This document shows, piece by piece, positions 59,253 to 64,000 of a stretch of DNA of 64,000 bases (the stretch's first letter is position 1; each line of letters starts with the position of its first letter). A program made the translations under genes and the position numbers. Source of the stretch: an uncultured bacterium. GTDB taxonomy: Bacteria > Acidobacteriota > HRBIN11 > JAKEFK01. The notes below the pieces were generated by a model, which was not told where the DNA came from, did no database searches, and was given only the letters and a program-made list of their open reading frames with translations. The DNA lies in contig CAVZQN010000004.1 in NCBI GenBank assembly GCA_963777505.1, forward strand, positions 736,001 to 800,000. The letters run 5' to 3'.

Positions 59253-60341
59253 TCCGCTGGATTGTTCTGCTGTCTATCATCCTTGTGTCACCGGTAACAG
59301 CAGAAGTTCCACTCCAGGTTGAAAAACAAAAATTAAAACTGTCCCTTGAATATGAAAATTATGTCGATTTCGTCAGCAATGAAGTTCGCACGACAGGAAT
59401 AAAAGGGACATATCTTCTTAAAGCAAAAGGTCCGATCGCAGGGGATTCATACTGGACGATTGATTTACAAAGCGGAATAAAAACGAATTTTGATCGTACC
59501 TTCGTTTCAGGCAACCTTTCACCGTTAATCTGGTCGAATCGAGTCAACGTGCGGACGTTTATTCCGGCAGGTGCCTTTTTCTTTAGCGGAGGATTTTATT
59601 ATCGCAATAAATGGCTTGCAAATGCCGATGATCCTGATCTGTTTGTGGATATATTCGGCGGCGTAGGTTTCTCAGATCTCGCTGGTAATTTTCAGGCAGG
59701 ATTTACGATGTCACAAGCCTGGGACTTTGCAGTAAGCGCACATAAATCGCAGCAACGATATGATCGTTTCCAACTTTCCAATACTGATACAGAAGCAGCT
59801 TCAGCAAGACTATCGCGTAATTTTTCAAAAGTTCGTGTAGGACTTGAATATCGAGTACGTTCTATCGATTATCGGCGTCCTGTGATTCCCGATGACACAA
59901 TTGCATTCCCCGTCGATCCGACTGGTATTGAATTGCAGCACGATTCTCTGAATGAAATCGGTTTCCATGTTGAAGTCATGAAACCTTTTTATATTTCCGC
60001 CAGTTATTTTTATCAGGATAACAACTCAAACAATCCAGGTTTTAGTTATACGAACAATCGAGTGACATTGTTAGTTGGGACGCAGCTTTCTGATGATTAT
60101 CATTTTCAAGCGTATGGAATTCTTCAGAATCAAAGTTTCGCAGATCCTTCATCATTTTTTCAGGTCCCCGTTGTTACTGGATGAAAATGAAAACAATACG
60201 ATGGCTGCAAGTTTAATTCGTACTTTCACTTCTTCCAGGGAGCTAGAGCTCGGAATTCAACGGCTATCGTATAACTCTTCTTACACACTGCTGGATACTT
60301 CCAAGTACGTCCTTTACGTTGCATACAATTATCGGTTTTAA
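59249..60341 (+). CDS. Probable outer-membrane beta-barrel protein; frameshift near 60167
   Basis: Signal peptide and amphipathic strands; removing one C at gtccccg joins ORF 60075-60341, which ends in the barrel signal YVAYNYRF. Confidence 0.75.
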
Positions 60342-60347
60342 TTTAAG

Positions 60348-60395
60348 GGAGCGCGGACGTTCCGTCCGCTTTAGGGACCGCAGGCTTTTAGCCTG
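60348..60395. repeat. GGAG-type REP-like pair
   Basis: ggagcgcggacgttccgtccgc...ggaccgcaggcttttagcctgc. Confidence 0.6.
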
Positions 60396-60407
60396 CTTCT
60401 TTTGTTC

Positions 60408-61502
60408 ATGAAAAGTTCAGACATTGCACATTTACGCCTTAGAAACCTGCATCTTACTGAACCCACATTCAAAAAAGCGGCAGATGTTGTTCGATGGTTA
60501 GGGGCCGTACAGTCACAGGATTTTGCGTCAGCAAAATTTGGCGTCGCCGTTCGCATGAAAAATGCAGTCGATCGAGACATTGAAGATGCATTTAACAAAG
60601 GAGAAATTTTAAGAACTCATGTGATGCGTCCAACATGGCACTTTGTGATGCCTGAAGATATTCGCTGGATGCTTGAGCTGACAGCCCCACGTGTGAAATC
60701 GATTCTCTCTTCATATGATCGTGGATTAGAACTCACTGAAAAGGTTCTTTCCCGCTGCAGTGAAATTTTCATACGTCTTTTGAAAGGCGGTAAGAATTTA
60801 ACAAGAACTGAGCTGGCCGAACACCTTGAAAAAAACAAGATCCTTGCACGCGGTCAGCGACTCGCCCGTATTGTAATGCATGCAGAACTGAATGCTGTAC
60901 TTTGTAGTGGACCTCGAAAAGGCAAACAGTTAAGTTATGCACTTTTGGATGAGCGTGTGCCTCAGAAAACGAAAAAGTTGAATCGTGAAGAAGCTCTTGC
61001 AAAATTGATGCTCAAATATTTTGCAAGTCATGGCCCGGCTCAATCAAAAGATTTTTACTGGTGGTCCGGACTTTCAGCGAAGGATGTCACACAAGGACTT
61101 GAAATCGTCAAATCAAAATTAGTGCGCGAAGAGATAGATGGCAAAACATACTGGATGACGAATGATGCGAAAGTTCATTCTGAAACGCTCGCAATAAAAC
61201 ACCAGGCATTCTTCTTATCCATTTATGACGAATATACGATTGCGTATAAAGACAGGAGTGCGCTTGGCGACGGGCGATATGCCGAAAAGTTTCTATCGAT
61301 GGGAAATGCCCTGACGTCAGTCATTATTCTCAACGGCAAACTTGAAGGCACATGGAAGAAAGCATTGAAGAAAAGTGGCGTTGAAATTCGAGCTGATGTT
61401 TTTAGAAAATTGAACAAGAGCGAACAACAAGCGCTGAAGAAAGCTGCCGAACGTTATGGTCAGTTTCTGGAACTGCCGGTTGAATTACTAGTTCATCAAT
61501 AA
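60408..61502 (+). CDS. HTH_42 winged-helix protein (AlkZ/YcaQ-like DNA glycosylase family)
   Basis: AVQSQD (QxQ), RTHVMRPTWH, YF.SHGPA..DF.WWSGL and YDEY.IAYKDR motifs. Confidence 0.88.
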   Translation: MKSSDIAHLRLRNLHLTEPTFKKAADVVRWLGAVQSQDFASAKFGVAVRMKNAVDRDIEDAFNKGEILRTHVMRPTWHFVMPEDIRWMLELTAPRVKSILSSYDRGLELTEKVLSRCSEIFIRLLKGGKNLTRTELAEHLEKNKILARGQRLARIVMHAELNAVLCSGPRKGKQLSYALLDERVPQKTKKLNREEALAKLMLKYFASHGPAQSKDFYWWSGLSAKDVTQGLEIVKSKLVREEIDGKTYWMTNDAKVHSETLAIKHQAFFLSIYDEYTIAYKDRSALGDGRYAEKFLSMGNALTSVIILNGKLEGTWKKALKKSGVEIRADVFRKLNKSEQQALKKAAERYGQFLELPVELLVHQ

Positions 61503-61536
61503 GGGGTGATGCGACTACGCGTGTCTTCGATGGAAT

Positions 61537-61791
61537 TTAGGCGTATTTTGCTACTGGTATGGAACGCTTTGGTGCAAGACGGCGATGAGATTTGATTCGC
61601 TCAAGTTCATGCAGTGTCTCTGAAGTAAGATAACTGGCCCCGCAATGTGGACAGCTGATAACTGGGACGTTTTCAATCAGCAAAAGGTCATTCCCTCTTC
61701 CGTAAGTTCGAGTAACATAAATGAGCCTAGATCCTGACTTACCGCAAACGTCACATTGGAGCGTTGATGGATGCTGGGCTTTACGCTTCAT
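61537..61791 (-). CDS. YgiT-type zinc finger protein (MqsA N-domain-like)
   Basis: CDVCG...IENVPVISCPHCGASY. Confidence 0.88.
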   Translation of the reverse strand: MKRKAQHPSTLQCDVCGKSGSRLIYVTRTYGRGNDLLLIENVPVISCPHCGASYLTSETLHELERIKSHRRLAPKRSIPVAKYA

Positions 61792-62062
61792 ATATTGTGA
61801 TAATAACCAACTTCCCAGTTGTACTCAACTTCACGACGACTCCAAGAATCTGTTTATTGAGAGCCTCACCTTCAACAACGTATTTAAGCTCTCCCGTATC
61901 AGCGTCAGTCTGACGCTCGATGATGGCGCCAGTAAGAATCGCTGCTTCTACATCAAAGATTGTAAACTCATCAAAGTTCATTTCTTCTTCAGCATGAATT
62001 GTCATAACGTAGCTGCCATTTCGGATATTATGACGGATTCGATTAAGGATGCGCGGATACAC
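61781..62062 (-). CDS. DUF4258-domain protein (putative toxin)
   Basis: T.HA.EEM, DVE.AILTG.IIE, KY.VEG and LVIITIY motifs; overlaps the zinc-finger gene. Confidence 0.85.
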   Translation of the reverse strand: MYPRILNRIRHNIRNGSYVMTIHAEEEMNFDEFTIFDVEAAILTGAIIERQTDADTGELKYVVEGEALNKQILGVVVKLSTTGKLVIITIYEA

Positions 62063-62215
62063 GAAAAATATTGTATCTTATGTGATGAAGTCGGCGGTGA
62101 ACGAAGGAGTTGGGCAGGCACAGCGACTTTTCTTCGCTACGTCTCAGAGACTTCCGAGATTCCACATGTCAGTTTTTCCTGCCGATTACGTTGATCATCT
62201 GATCGCTATCTTGGC

Positions 62216-63352
62216 TTAACGGATCCATACGTCTGAAAATACGCGCAGGAGATTACGACCGAGAATCTTTTCGATACGAGCTCCTGTGTGACCACGGCTG
62301 GATAGCATGGATGCGAGTGTTTCGAGACGGCGTGGTGTGTTGAGTTCATTTGCGAAGAGGTATCCGTCTTCGGTTTCGTTTGGCGCAGCGATGCCGGCTT
62401 CACGTCGCGCGCGAGTGTTTTCCGCAAAGTTCTTGCGGAATGCGTCGTCAACGATTTCGGGTGAAATGCCGCCGTCGGTGCCAATCGATACGTGGTCTTC
62501 ACCCGCCACTTTGATCGCATGTTCCAGGTGAGCAATGACGTTTTCAGCGGTTGGCTGCTTTCCATTGTTCAGATAAGGCATGATGTAAATTCCCGCGACG
62601 CCGCCTTTTTCGGCGACTGTGCGTAACTCTTCATCGGTACGATGGCGTGGATGATCCGCCAGTGCAGCGCAGCCTGTGTGTGTGAAAGCAACAGGACGAG
62701 TTGAAGTCTTGATGGCGTCAGCAGCGGTGCGTCGTCCGCAATGGCTAAGATCCACAAGGATCCCGATTTCGTTCATGCGTGCAATCGCTTCAAATCCAGC
62801 TCGGCTCAACCCGGCATCGGCTGGTTCCATACATCCATCACCCAGAAGGTTACGCCGGTTGTATGTCGGTTGAATGATTCGTATTCCGAGTTTGTGAAAG
62901 TCGTTTAATAGCGAGAGATCGCTTTCGAAAGCAACACCATCTTGAAAACCATAGATTAAGCCGGTTTGTTTTGTCTTCTTAGCGGCAAGAATGTCTGTGG
63001 CTTTCCGTATGCGCGTGAGTACTTGCGGAACGCGGTCGATCTGTGATTCCCAATAGATAATTTCACGCACCGCTTGCACAAAGGCACTCTCCGGTGGTGT
63101 CGTACCAACCGGGAGGATTGTTATATTCACTGCAGCTAATCCTGACTGGCGTATATGCTCCACATCCGTTTCGGAAAGCGGAACACTGTTTTCTCTAGCG
63201 CTGTTTCCGGGTGACCCAAGGCCATCGATCACAATAGCAAGGTCGTATCCAATCCAATCGGCAGCAGATGCGAACTTCATCGGCAGAAGACCTGCAAGTG
63301 TCCAGACTGCCGCATTCGTCAAAAATGTTCGCCGTGTAATTTGCCCTATCAT
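62216..63352 (-). CDS. Tat-exported membrane dipeptidase (M19)
   Basis: TRRTFL Tat motif after ATG at 63352; QPTYN..N..GDG, VDLSH, FTHTG and HVSIGTD motifs. Confidence 0.9.
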   Translation of the reverse strand: MIGQITRRTFLTNAAVWTLAGLLPMKFASAADWIGYDLAIVIDGLGSPGNSARENSVPLSETDVEHIRQSGLAAVNITILPVGTTPPESAFVQAVREIIYWESQIDRVPQVLTRIRKATDILAAKKTKQTGLIYGFQDGVAFESDLSLLNDFHKLGIRIIQPTYNRRNLLGDGCMEPADAGLSRAGFEAIARMNEIGILVDLSHCGRRTAADAIKTSTRPVAFTHTGCAALADHPRHRTDEELRTVAEKGGVAGIYIMPYLNNGKQPTAENVIAHLEHAIKVAGEDHVSIGTDGGISPEIVDDAFRKNFAENTRARREAGIAAPNETEDGYLFANELNTPRRLETLASMLSSRGHTGARIEKILGRNLLRVFSDVWIR

Positions 63353-63371
63353 AAGACACGAAATACCTATC

Positions 63372-63836
63372 CTATTTACCAGCTTGTGCGCCAGACATAC
63401 CTGTAATGATCTGCCAGGTCTCACCTCTACGTTGCCATGTATGTGTAATTCTATATTCGTCAAGTTGCCTTACTACCTCATTAGTACTAGCCGATCGGTA
63501 AAAGTCACGCACAAGATAATGGACAACAACAACGTCACCAAACGACCGTACAGCTTTTGGAGTCAATTCATAGTCATATCGTTCCGCTGGATCCTTGTGT
63601 AACGGGGCAATCCATTCGCCGATGTTCGCTTTCTCAACTGGCGTCATGCTAAAACCTGGCCAACCAATGAACCGCTCATCCCAAAGAGTCCGGTAACCTT
63701 TGATGTCGTTGTTCTTAACATATTTCCAATAAGCTTCTTCGAGGCCCCAAACCGCTTTTTCATCGGAAGCGCTATCAGGCCATAGCGAAGCCGAGAAAAA
63801 TAAGACTATTACGAAAGTTAGAAATAGTTTGCGCAT
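63372..63836 (-). CDS. Secreted NTF2-like (DUF4440) protein
   Basis: Signal peptide MRKLFLTF...; FGDVVVVHY and RITHTWQR...WQII. Confidence 0.82.
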   Translation of the reverse strand: MRKLFLTFVIVLFFSASLWPDSASDEKAVWGLEEAYWKYVKNNDIKGYRTLWDERFIGWPGFSMTPVEKANIGEWIAPLHKDPAERYDYELTPKAVRSFGDVVVVHYLVRDFYRSASTNEVVRQLDEYRITHTWQRRGETWQIITGMSGAQAGK

Positions 63837-63865
63837 AGTGTCCCCCATTAGATTTGTATCAAAAT

Positions 63866-64000
63866 TCAGGTGTTCTTGATTGACTTCCAATTCCTCAGTC
63901 GCTCTGCGAGCAATTCCGCACGCCGCTGGTCATCTACGCCATCCAGAGTTTGCATGTCAATTGGATCAGCGCGCAAATAGATACCCGATGTGCGCGCGTT
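63866..64000 (-). CDS. C-terminal fragment of a CDS entering from the right edge
   Basis: Open frame NARTSGIYLRADPIDMQTLDGVDDQRRAELLAERLRNWKSIKNT-stop on the same strand as the downstream genes. Confidence 0.5.
   Translation of the reverse strand, partial: NARTSGIYLRADPIDMQTLDGVDDQRRAELLAERLRNWKSIKNT

Overview
Bacterial chromosomal window of about 43% GC by eye. Its gene content is Acidobacteriota-like (inference): an Oar-type TonB receptor, sulfatase-TPR proteins and a Ser/Thr kinase fused to DUF4388. It holds roughly 55 CDS and two tRNAs (Glu-CTC, Arg-ACG). Housekeeping genes include ileS-lspA, gltA, HU, nth, rnc, an LD-carboxypeptidase with mpl, and two moeA paralogues. Main points of interest: (1) two genes split in the ORF track by an in-frame TGA at a catalytic Cys position, each followed by a SECIS-like hairpin, i.e. 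probable selenoproteins (a MerB-like lyase and a UPHC protein-disulfide oxidoreductase); (2) a three-gene unit of a GtrB-like GT2, a lipoprotein made of ~17 DDDGNSN repeats, and a compact STT3/PglB-like GT-C enzyme with an altered WWD motif, a candidate dedicated glycosylation system with its own substrate; (3) a TonB-dependent receptor whose six mature cysteines are all in three CC doublets, upstream of two Thr-nucleophile sulfatase-TPR paralogues; (4) a ~1 kb integrase-less islet at tRNA-Arg bounded by a 34-bp direct repeat; (5) a possible orphan Csm2-like protein; (6) a sigma54 two-component module with a matching promoter. Several REP-like and short-period intergenic repeat families occur. 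About five single-base frameshifts look like assembly errors. No CRISPR array, transposase or integrase was seen. All family assignments come from motif recognition by eye, not database searches.
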